Positions 53,196 to 64,000 of a stretch of DNA of 64,000 bases are shown in pieces. The stretch comes from Octopus vulgaris (lineage: Eukaryota). The notes under the pieces are model-generated. The model made no database searches. It saw nothing but the letters and a program-made list of their open reading frames with translations, and had not been told where the DNA came from. Position 1 is the first letter of the stretch. The number at the start of each line of letters is the position of its first letter. The translations under genes and the position numbers were made by a program. Location: positions 9,238,001 through 9,302,000 of the forward strand of contig OX597826.1 of assembly GCA_951406725.2 (NCBI GenBank), given 5' to 3'.

Positions 53196-54286
53196 AAAAT
53201 TATAAGATTGAGTATGGACAAAAGATATGAGATGAAGGGATTAAAGAAGGGAGGACAGTGTGGAATCTTGAATGAAAGAGAGGTGGGGGTTATGAGGGTA
53301 GGCCAAATGAACTGTCAAAGGGGCCAAGAAAGTGTGGGGAGAGGACAGTGAAAGATGAGCCAAAGGGTGGGGGAGCAGCAGTTGAGTACTGTGAGAGCAA
53401 TGTGAGAAAGAGAGATTGGAGAATACCGTAGTAGATATGAGGAAGAGCAGAGCCTGGATGCAGAGAAAACATCCCAGTTGAGGAGGTTGTGCAAAGAGGG
53501 TGGTGGAATGAGTAGGGGGAACATTGGGGGGAATTTACTAAGAGCAGTGAGAAAAAGAAAAAAATGGAGAGTACCCTAGGGAGTTAAAGGCAAGAGTAAG
53601 TGTTGGGTAGTGGAAGAGAGGAGACTGGTTGGTAATAAAGCAGAGCAAGTACAATGGAGCAAAATTAGAGTAGAACACAGGAGAGGTGAGGATGAGGGAA
53701 GTCGAATGTGAGTGCTAGGCTTACAAAGAATAAATCCTGAGGTGAATCTGTTCAACTAAAGGCAGTGCTCCAGCATGGCCACAGTCAAATGACTGAAACA
53801 AGTAAAAGAATATGTTGTTGCTGTTTAGCCACAGGTCAGTCCAGATGGAGCAAACCTATGCAAAAAACATTAAAGCAGTGATCATCCTATTTTCATTTCT
53901 GGGGTCCATCTATGTAATATTGCATTAATCAGACATCATTTTTCAGCCAGTAGGCTATGATTTGATGGAAATCTGGTTGTTATTTCTAGGCTACCCTAGT
54001 GACCTTGTTGGCTTTTCTGCACTTGTGTGTTTTAGATAAGTGATTTAGTGTAAAATAAGAAATGAAGGGTTGCATCTTTTGAAACAATAAATATCAAAAT
54101 GATAAAACTGAAGATATATGATGTATGGATATGTGTGTATGTATGTGTATGTGTGAATATATATATGTGTGTAGGTATATGTGCATACACATGTGTATGA
54201 TTATAGGCATAAGTATATGTATACGTACTATATATTTTTGCATGTGTAAGTGTGCATATGTATGTGTGTGTGTGTATATAAATTTA

Positions 54287-54318
<32 letters not shown>

Positions 54319-55236
54319 CTTATGTGTCTATACATACATGTATGTTTATATATGCATATGTGCATGTGTATTGTAAAGCAGACATTGGAGCTTAATGCAG
54401 CCCTCCTGCTCGCCAGCTCCTGTCAAACCAGCCAACCCATAACAGCAGAGAAAATGGATGTTAAATGATAATGCTTATAATGATGCTGCTGCTGTTGCTG
54501 ATGATGATGATATATGTATCTGCATATATGTGTGTGTGCACACTCAGACACAAGCACATATGTTCGGTACCTTGATGGGTGTCTTCATACTTTGTTTTTA
54601 TCTAAATTCACCAACCAGTAAGCTGAAAATAAATCATTGCTGGTTTCTCTTCTATAGGCCAATGATATTTAGTGAAGGATGTACAGTAGATTATTGAAAT
54701 GGAATAAATCTTGCCCTGGTTGACATAAGTTGAACTATTTTCCCCCTGCCCTCACCCCATCCCTTTCCTCTCCACCACCCCACCCCCACATGAATTCCTT
54801 GAATCTTTTACAAATTGGAAATTCAACTTTACCACACCACTCTAACGCGTCAGCCAATAAAGTCTTCTTAAACAAGACACACACCTCGCTCAGATTCGTG
54901 TTATTTCGGCGGATGGATGGATGGCCCAGTTAGTGGGCAAGAGAAAAGAGCTTATGAGATATTCACAAATGCAAACAACCAACATGTGCACACACATACA
55001 AACAAACAAAAAAATAGACATCCACACACTATATACAAACTCACGCTGTCCAAGCGCTTAAACCCATTTGTCCATTCTCAATCACTCTCTCTCTCTCTCT
55101 CACATACACACATACAGAAGTACACATATTTACATACTATCATTTCAGAGTTACATTCACATACATGCTCAATACATGCTCATGCACTCTTATCACAGTC
55201 CCACTCACTCATTCCCACACACACAGTCATTCAGTT

Positions 55237-55506
55237 TTAGTTAGTTAGTTAGTTCGTTAGTTAATTTTTTGGCTCAGAAAGCAAAAAGCAAGGCCATGTA
55301 GGGGGACATGGAGTTATGTACAGGGTGGTGTTCATGTAAAGAGTTCAGGCCACTTGTGGTCAAGGGAGACTTTGAACCGATCGGTCGTCGGCATCTTCAC
55401 CATCTCGTCTGGCAGCTTATTCCACAGATCCGCAACCCGGACGGAGAAAGCCCCTCTCCTTCGATTGAGATGAAATCCTCGCAGATAGAGCTTTTCGGAA
55501 AGTTCT
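55237..55506 (-). mobile_element. Young 5'-truncated CR1-type LINE 3' end with (CTAA)n tail
   Basis: Minus peptide SEKLYLRGFHLNRRRGAFSVRVADLWNKLPDEMVKMPTTDRFKVSLDHKWPELFT*. TSD ATTCAGTT at 55229-55236 and 55507-55514. CpGs intact. Confidence 0.88.
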
Positions 55507-57035
55507 ATTCAGTTGTTTCTCACGCATACACTCTTGCACCAATCACATGTACACACACACACATTCTAATAATTTCCAAATCATAGTTTCACATTCACAC
55601 ACCGAACTCATCCTCACTCATGTTTGTTTACTTGCTGTCCCCTTTATGTAACATGCTTTAAAACATAACCCTCAAAAGCAATTCTATAAAATGACCATAG
55701 AGATGCATGAAGACGTATGAAATTATTTAGTCCATGATAGACTTTGCCTGAAAATGAAAAGCTAAGAAAGTTATGACTGGGGCCAACCAACCATGCAACA
55801 CTTTTCCAGTTCATTCATAAAGATGTTGTTCAGACATTTTTATCGTCAAACATTTTATAAATGACATCTAAAATGTTCTACAAATGCTAGAATTCACATT
55901 TTACGACCTTTCATTGTGAACATGGAAGCTAATGCGAGAGCCTCCACATGGTTTCTTGATCTGCTAGAGATAGTAACCAAATCACCCTTATATCACATTT
56001 TGGATAAGGTAATCTTAGATAAACTGCAGTTAAAAATCAAAAGTTGGGATAGGCTCAGCTGGAATGTCTTTGATAGCAAGTCTGATCAATCAAGTCTAAA
56101 CTGCATCTTTATCTTATAATCATTGGTGTACATCAAAAGAGCTTCTAGATGATAACTTGACTTGCAAGAAGTAGAAGGTAAATCTCCCTCACAACACACT
56201 CTGAAATTCCAAAATAGATGAAATGATCATTCCCCATAAGTTTTCTCAACAAGAACTTACCTGAATCTAAAGAACAACAAAAACTTGTAAGTAGTATTGT
56301 GTTTATAGAAAAGATCTTTCTAAATGTATATGTATGCATGTGTTGTTATACTTTGGGAGTGTCACACTCACTGGTTGTAGTTCACTTCACTTTTAGTTAT
56401 ATTTTCAGAAATTTGCAATATAGTCAAAACTGAATTAAACCATAGTCAGTGAGAGTGATTCTTGGCAGTATGACCCTCCTCAAAGTATAACAATATTGGT
56501 TTCAAAGCATAGTTTCAGATAAAAAATTCTTTTAAAGCAAATTGAAAAATGAAATGTTTGTTGCGTGTATGCTATGGGTGTTGTACATATGTTGTGTGTG
56601 TGTGTGTATGTTGTGGGTAGGTCTGCGTTGTGTATGTGTGTGTGTATCACCTCCTTACTCTTAGCACTCTGGTTCTCATCAATTTCTCTCACACTGGTTT
56701 CCTTTCATCTCACTCTGTTTTATCACCATCTCATTCTGCCTGTTTCAGCCTCCCCACCCAACTCTATGGGAAAGAAAAGAACAGAGAAACCAGGTTGTGT
56801 GAAGATCTTACCATGGCATATAATGCTTGTGGGTCTGTTGTTATTAGTTACTTCTAGGTCATCCCCAATTGAGAAGACCTATGGTCATAGGCATTTGAAC
56901 TACATTAAAACTACATTAAGACTACATTATCTTGTATGTACTCTCTTTTTAAGTATTGGGGTATGTTGGAGAAATTTTGCTGCTATTTCTAGTAAGTCAA
57001 GTGACCATACAAATGCTTTCACAATTACTCAGCTG

Positions 57036-57700
57036 TAGGTCTGTCTCAACCAGGGTCCATATGGCCTGTGGGAGTCTGCATGGTCCTTGGGGGTCCATAT
57101 AAGATTTTGTTGTTAAAATATATGTGCAGTAAATCAATTATACTTCTTCAATGCATAAAATATTACAATTTTTTTAATACAATTCCTTATAATATCATAT
57201 TATAAATATAGGCGCAGGAGTGGCTGTGTGGTAAGTAGTTTGCTTACCAACCACATAGTTCTGAGTTCAGTCCCGCTGCATGACACCTTGGGCAACTGTC
57301 TTCTACTATAGCCTCGGGCCGACTGAAGCCTTGTGAGTGGATTTGGTAGGCAGAAACTGGAAGAAGCTCATTGTATGTGTGTGTGTGTGTGTTTGTGTGT
57401 CTGTTTGTCCCCCCTGGCATCACTTGGCAACCAATGCTGGTGTGTTTATGTCCCCATAACTTAGCGGTTCAGCAAAAAAACCGATAGAATAAGTACTAGG
57501 CCTACAAAGAATAAGCTCTGGGGTCGATTTGCTTGCCTATAAAGGCGGTGCTCCAGCATGGCCGCAGTCAAATGACTGAAACAAGTAAAAGAGAGTAAAA
57601 AGAGTAAAAGAGAGATATAATATGATTATTTAAACATTGAATGATAACGAGAGTTCACCCAAGTAAAACAGGAATCAGAGGTGCCCATGGGCAAAAAGTG
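57036..57700. mobile_element. hAT-type MITE (family of 10423) split by a family A SINE
   Basis: GTCCATATGGC...GGGGTCCATATAAGATT on the left of the SINE, and AAAACAGGAATCAGAGGTGCCCATGGGCAAAAAGTGGT on the right. Confidence 0.65.
57211..57614 (+). mobile_element. SINE family A, full length, with tandem GAGTAAAA(GA) tail
   Basis: Starts GGCGCAGGAGTGGCTGTGTGGTAAG. A/B-box-like motifs present. Confidence 0.93.
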
Positions 57701-58357
57701 GTCGGTCTAAAGAATGATGTAGCAGGAATGTAGTATGTAAATGATGTAGAATGATGGTAATTGTGTCTCAGTAAGGGGAGGTATGGTTGAGTGTGAGTGA
57801 ATGTAAAGGAGTGTGTAGTGTGATGGGTGAGTGTCTGTAAGGTAAGATGTGGCATTATGGGTGATTTGGTGGATGTGGAGGAAGGTGTAGGTGCATCTGT
57901 AAGGAAAGGTTTGGGATGATAGGTGATTTGTACTTCTGTTCAGGAAGGTGTGGCATGACAGGGTGGTTACAGTGGTGTAAACTAGAGTAAGAGCAGGTGG
58001 GAAAAAAGGTGTGGTGGTAGTGGTGGCGGGGGATGGTGGGGGTAATTAGATTAGGCATCATGATGTGAAGCTTGACTGATGAGATGAGGCAAGATAAAAA
58101 TCAATTACAGATATTCTGTTGTGCAAACCCAGCCAACCCATGCTAGCATAGAAAACCAAACATGAGAATTGGTGTAGGCGGTTGTCGTCATGATAACGAT
58201 CTCTCTCGCATACATGCACACACACACACACACACACACATACACATTAAATGTATGCTTGTATTTCTATATGTGCATATATGAGTGTGTGTGTGCATAC
58301 ATATACATCAGAATGTGTATATGTTTATAATCACATGTTCATATTCCTAACTCTCAG

Positions 58358-58423
58358 ACAACAGATAACTGCCCATACACCATGATCAAAAGAGGAGCAG
58401 ATCTAAACATCATGGATGAACAA
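58358..58423 (+). CDS. Candidate ankyrin-repeat-like exon TTDNCPYTMIKRGADLNIMDEQ
   Basis: ctctcag acceptor. IKRGADLNIMD matches the ankyrin L..GA..N..D motif. The donor would be non-canonical GC (CAA|gcagga). Confidence 0.35.
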
Positions 58424-58429
58424 GCAGGA

Positions 58430-58430
58430 G

Positions 58431-58498
<68 letters not shown>

Positions 58499-58526
58499 GT
58501 AATATATGTGTATGTATGTGTGATCA

Positions 58527-58603
<77 letters not shown>

Positions 58604-58715
58604 ATATATGTGTATGTATGTGTGATCAATATATATATATATATGTGTGTGTGTGTGTATATATGTAATATATGTATGTGTGTGTGATCAATATATATGT
58701 GTGTGTGTATGTGTA
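58430..58715. repeat. Compound (TA)n/(TG)n block repeated about three times
   Basis: The spacer GTAATATATG...GTGTGATCAA recurs three times. Confidence 0.9.
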
Positions 58716-59204
58716 TCATACACACTCACATATATCAGATGCATGAAACAAACCAAAACTGATTCTCAAAGGATAACTTTGACATGTGATGTTAACCATT
58801 ATCTAACTCTTCTTTTCTCTACTAGAAATCTAATTTTCTGCAAACGCATAGCATTCTCTGCCATTTCTGTTTGATAGTCTGTCAGTCTGGATTCTTCGTT
58901 GTCAAATTTTTTGGCATGATACACGTGATAAACATTTTCTTCATTTGCACATACCACTTTTTTTTTCTTTTTTTCCCCCTTCTTTATCTTTTATTTCCAT
59001 CAATAGTCACATAGCCATGTTTGGTTATGAAGTTTTTGTGAATCAGGAAATTACACATTTGATTCCACTGAACAGGACTTAGGCAAATGCCTTGTGTTAT
59101 AACCTTGTACCAAACCAAAACATTTAAGGAAATTTGGTAGACGGAAACTCTATAGAAACTCATCCAACCTTTCTTTTCATTTATCTTTTAGTCAGGCAGG
59201 AAGG

Positions 59205-59466
59205 CCATGCCCATGACCTTTTATAGGTCATGGGCCATGAACATTTATAGGTCATGGGCACTGCTATGACCTTTTAAAGGTCATGGGCATTGCTATGCCC
59301 TTTTATAAGCCATAGACACTACCTTTTGTAGGTCATAAGCACTGCCATGACCGTTTATAGGTCATGGGCAATACCATGACCTTTTGTAGGTTATTGGCAC
59401 CATTGTGATCATTTATAGGTCATGAGCACTGCCAGTTCTTCTGTAGGTCATGGGCACTGCCATGAC
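59205..59466. repeat. ~29-bp palindromic minisatellite, about 9 units (CATGACCTTTTATAGGTCATGGGCACTGC)
   Basis: AGGTCA recurs at 59225, 59249, 59278 and onward. Confidence 0.9.
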
Positions 59467-60054
59467 TTATGGCAGGGAAGGAGAAAAGTATCCTGAAACT
59501 AGAGAGCTGGTCCAAATACAACAGAATGGGCTCTTGCTACAGGCATTCAAGAGCCAGTTAGCGATGTTAAAGCTGGTGATGGATTAAGTCCACCCCTGAC
59601 CAGGACTAACTTTAACGAGTCATGGTTTCTTCTTCTTCACCTTACCAGTCTTTGGGGCCTGAGCCCTTGCCTAGGTCATATGCTGCCCTGCTGCCTGTTT
59701 TCCTCTTTTACTTGATTGTGCTAGAGAACTATATTCCAAGTCAGTTATCTTGATTCTTCCCCTAGTTCTTAGTTCAATGCTCACATAATTGATATGTATT
59801 TATCAAATGGCTGGATTAACTTATTTCATATTTGTCATATCCTTTTTGTGAGATAATAGAGTTTAATGTGAGTGATATTTGGTTGCTATTTTGAGCTTGT
59901 GGGACAACCATGTAGAGGCTGTTTTGAAATGATTTAGTCATGCACAATGCTGACCTTTGAGAGGATTCTGACTCCCTGTTGCCTCAGTATGTTGTAACTT
60001 TCTGTGAGATAGGGAGAAGTGAAATGAAATTTCAGGAGTCAAGAAGAACTAAAC

Positions 60055-60295
60055 TATCATCATCATCATCATCATCATCACTATCATCATTTAATGACCC
60101 TTTTTCCATGCTGACTTGGGTTGAACTGTTTGACAGGAACCGACAAGCCAGACAACTGTGCTGAGTTCTGAGTTCCAATGTCTACTTTGGTACAGCTTCT
60201 ATAGCTTGATGCCTTTTCCAATGACCACCTCTCAGCAGATAGTACTTGGTACTTTGTGACACCAGCACTAGTGAGGTCACCAAATACCCACAAGA
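60055..60295 (-). mobile_element. Family B retroposon
   Basis: (CAT)n followed by the reverse family B body. Confidence 0.75.
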
Positions 60296-60755
60296 CAAAA
60301 AGTACTCTCGCATAATTTCCCTCGATAATTTATGATGTGTACATTATGTACATCAATAAAATGATTTTCTTATCAGAAATAAAGCAAATACAGAGAAGGC
60401 TATGCTTTGCTGTAGTGATCTAATAAAATCAAAATGTGTCCAGTATTCTTCCTTGTTCACCAAAGTCAGATTATATTTAGATTAATTAGTCATTGAATAA
60501 ACGTTTTCTTCTCACTACATAAAGTTTTAATTAAATTTGTTTTTCCTCATTATATCAATTATGATGGCTGTAACTTAACAGTTACGTTTCTTAACCATCA
60601 CCTGATTATTTATGCAGATATAAAATTTATTCATGTACACAGCAGCTGTTACTGTTACAAAAATGTGTTATATTGGTGTATGTTACACTGATATAAAAGT
60701 GGGTGGCTATGCATGTACACACATGCACGCACACATGCACACACACACGCACACA

Positions 60756-62015
60756 CATGGTGCAGTGAATAATTTGTCATTTAAATTATGCAAAAATGAA
60801 AATAACACTGACATCTCATTTTAACAGTTATATTTACTAAAATTACATAAAAATATCTTGAAATATTAAAGAGTAAATTTATTCAATAAAATCGCCATTG
60901 TCTTCAACCACAGCCTCCAGATGACGACTTTGGAATCTCCTGCAACTCTTCTGGATGGTCTCCTTGTTTAAGTTGGTGAATACTGCCATATTATTTGCCT
61001 TCAGTTTATTTTTGGTGTTACAAGGAGTTTTGTTGGTCTCTTGCTCAACTGCACCTCACACATAATAATCAAGGGGGTTGCAGTCTGGGAGGTTAGGTGG
61101 CCAGATGCTAGGGGTGTTGTTGTTGCAGAAATTGTCTGACAGTAATAACTGGGTTCTCCTGCTTGTGTGGCATGGTGCAGAGTCCTGTTGCCAGACATAA
61201 GGTCTTCCAGTAGCCACCCTCTTGACCCAAAGCAACACTACCTCCTCCAGGCACTTGATGTAGGCCTCTCTGTTGAGTCTGAGGGTGTGTGGGAAGATGA
61301 ATGGGGGCATAACGTTGCCATCACTAGTGATCACTCCAAACACCATGATGTTGACTGGATGTTTGATTTTTATCACTCTCAGTACAGTTGTTCTGTGTGT
61401 TCACCATCTGATCCTGGCAGAAATTTTTTCTTGTCTGGGAAAAACCAAAGCATGTTCAGTTGGAGGGGATGATTAAGTTTGTTCAAAAGCTTTGTAGTGT
61501 GGTCTTTCCTCTTGTCCTCAATGGCTTAGGATAAAAATTGTCCCTTTCACATCTTGTATGAGGAATACCGAATGTCTTCATGCACTACCTGCCTGATAAG
61601 AAACTCAGACACTCCCACGTCCCTGGTGATGGACCTGATTGGCTTAGAAGAATCGTTGTTAATCATGGCTTTGATCTCACCAGCAAATTCAGGAGTTCTT
61701 ATCAGAATGATTAGAGTGAGTTTTCTGAGCTGACATCAGACTCATCCAACTCTTTCTGAATCCTCTACACTGTCCTCGGATGGACACCCAAACACTCTGA
61801 AAGATTTGTATTGGAGCTTTTAGTGCGAATGCCAAGCAGTACAGTATGTTATTTCCAAATTTCTGGCAGAGCGAATTGAGTCATAGTGCTGTATTTCTGA
61901 CAACTGGTGCTCAGCTCACCCTATTATACTGTGTAGGTGATAAAATCAAACACAAACAATGCACATGTGTGAAATTAAAAATATAAAATGGCAACAGTTT
62001 ACTCATCACAATTTG
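60756..62015 (-). mobile_element. Decayed Tc1/mariner-superfamily transposon, DD37D (maT) group
   Basis: About 1.26 kb with degenerate TIRs and TA at the right end. Contains the transposase pseudogene. Confidence 0.85.
60879..61884 (-). pseudogene. DD37D transposase pseudogene
   Basis: MTQFALPEIWK*...WFFPD...VFGVITSDG...WQQDSAPCH...WPPNLPDCNPLDY...RLEAVVEDNGDFIE*. There are 37 residues between the second and third Asp, plus stops and frameshifts. Confidence 0.92.
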
Positions 62016-62343
62016 TATATATGTTTGTGTAACCCTCGTAAACTCATAAAGGAGCATGTGTAACAATTATAGAGAAAATATTTGTGTGTGGATGTGTATA
62101 TGTGTGTAAATATTGTTGGTATGTGTATGTATATATATATTTCCTTGGGGCTGGCCAGATTGGAGCAATCTCAAGTATAACCAGCTGAAATTGCAGAGAT
62201 AATCTGGAACTTGACTGAGGATAGAAAACTCCAAATGATCCATTTTTGTTTTCCTTGTATCGATGTCTGGATATTTTGTTTCCCTTTTTTTGTTTCACCC
62301 AACTGTCTGGATGTTTTGCGTTCTTGTCCCATTTTTGTATTTA

Positions 62344-62403
<60 letters not shown>

Positions 62404-62404
62404 A

Positions 62405-62682
62405 GAGCCGCAATGGCCTAGTGGTTAGGGCAGCGGTTGCAGGATCGCGGTTTCGATTCCCAGACCGGGCGTTGTGTGTGTTTATTGAGCGAAAACACCT
62501 AAAAGCTCCACGAGGCTCCAGCAGGGGGTGGTGATCCCTGCTGTACTCTTTCACCACTCTTTCTTCTGTTGGCTTGCTCGCTTAGCCAGCGGGGTGGCGT
62601 CATTCAAAGGCTAAAACAATGCATTGTGACCAGCGATGTGTAACAACATCTGATGGTCTGGTCGGTCATGTGATCATGTGAT
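62405..62682 (+). mobile_element. Young SINE with family D head and a different tail
   Basis: First ~155 nt match 3152 onward. The 3' half is unrelated and ends in (CATGTGAT)2. Confidence 0.8.
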
Positions 62683-62717
62683 ATATAAAATAGAATTTTA
62701 ATATTTTAATGAAGTAT

Positions 62718-62945
62718 AAGGTGGCGAGCTGGCCAAATCATTAGCATGCTGGGCAAAATGCTCACTGGCATTTCATCCATCTTTACGTTTTGAGTTGAAA
62801 TTCCACTGAGGTCAACTTTAGCTTTCGTCCTTTCAAGGTTGATAAAATAAGTACCAGTTGTGCACTGGGGGTGATGTAATCAGTTTACCCACCACTTGGA
62901 AATTACTGGCCTTCTGCTAAAATTTTAAAATTTGAAAATTTGAAT
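62718..62945 (+). mobile_element. SINE family C, full length
   Basis: AAGGTGGCGAGCTGGC head, core block and AAAATTTGAA tail. Confidence 0.85.
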
Positions 62946-64000
62946 GAAGTATGTATTTTATCTCTGATATTCTGTGTGTGTGTGTATGTAAGTCACCAGA
63001 ATAAGTAAGACTTTGGTGTGTGTGTGTGTGTGGTACCATTATAAGTGAATTGTTACTGTTTAACCCTAAGTTGATCCTGATTGAGAAGAACTATGATGAA
63101 AAATATTCCAGGCAGTGACCATTCTACAATTTTTATATCCGGGATGACATTGTCCAATGTACCCTTCTCTTTTTAAAGTAGTAGGTTGCAATTTGTGGAA
63201 ATGTGACTTCTATTTCCAGTTACTCAAGAGACTTCAAAGAGTTGTGTGGTATTTTTTTTTTTGCATCTTCTACGGGAAAGTATATTTCTCTCATCTTTGT
63301 GAATGTGCATAGAGTGTGTATGTTTGCAAGATACATATATATATATATACTTGTGTGTGTGTTAACTTTATAAATCAAAAAGAGAGTAGTCAAAAAAAAT
63401 ATAGAGAGAGTTTATCAGTGAGTACAAAAATTAGATTAATTGAGAGCAGGGTTTGACATTAGCTTATTGATAATCTTTTACGATGGATTAGTCTATGATC
63501 TTAAAGTAAATCTTACTTGATCTTTAGATCATATGCTTTAAGAATTTGTAAATTTCTTTTACTCTGTAACGATTTTTCTTCCACCTTTTTAATAACCAAG
63601 AATCCGCTCTGTTGGAACTCATATGGAATCTATAAATCTCTAGGCAATAAAAAAAAAAGAAAATATATATATATATTCAAAACTTATAATTGAAAACTAA
63701 TTGATGAAATAAGTGTCAAATTTATAGGCTGATGTTTAAATGGGTTAGTCTTTTGGAAAGATATTCTGATTATTCTGAACATTTGTGAGTGTGTGAACAT
63801 TAGTGCCTATGTGTATGTGTGAAAAGAAAAACGGTTTTCCTGGTTTTTATATTGATGATAATATTCTTTCTTCTATTAATTTAGAAAATATCTTCATATT
63901 TATTTTAATTTAGTGAGTCTTTTGAAAGTGAAGAAGGGTAATGAGAGAGATTTGCTGTTTTTGTTGTTGAACCTTTAGCATTTGATTGAGCAGCCTTCCA

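Noticed and set aside
54640-54990. CCAAT boxes and a few CpGs suggesting a promoter
   Set aside because: Short motifs are expected by chance, and there is no linked first exon or other support.

Overview
This is an AT-rich, microsatellite-dense eukaryotic window, most likely intronic or intergenic DNA from an octopus or other coleoid cephalopod. That assignment comes from my recognition of the SINE families, not from a search. There is no prokaryotic-style gene, CRISPR array, rRNA or intact tRNA, and nearly all listed ORFs are microsatellite or SINE artefacts. Repeats present: at least five SINE-like families in dozens of copies; a composite Helitron (42415-44140) with a Pif1-like helicase fragment; a decayed DD37D (maT) Tc1/mariner transposon; hAT, piggyBac-like and mariner MITEs, several with target-site duplications; RTE, CR1 and Penelope LINE remnants; and a Gypsy remnant with gag and pol in opposite orientations. 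The most interesting signals are three different short repeats carrying minimal hammerhead-ribozyme-like folds, a phase-compatible chain of short + strand exon candidates spelling an EF-hand-like peptide, a 29-bp palindromic array built from AGGTCA half-sites, and head/tail swapping between SINE families. Host-gene calls are low confidence. Coordinates were counted by hand, so ends of old repeats are approximate.
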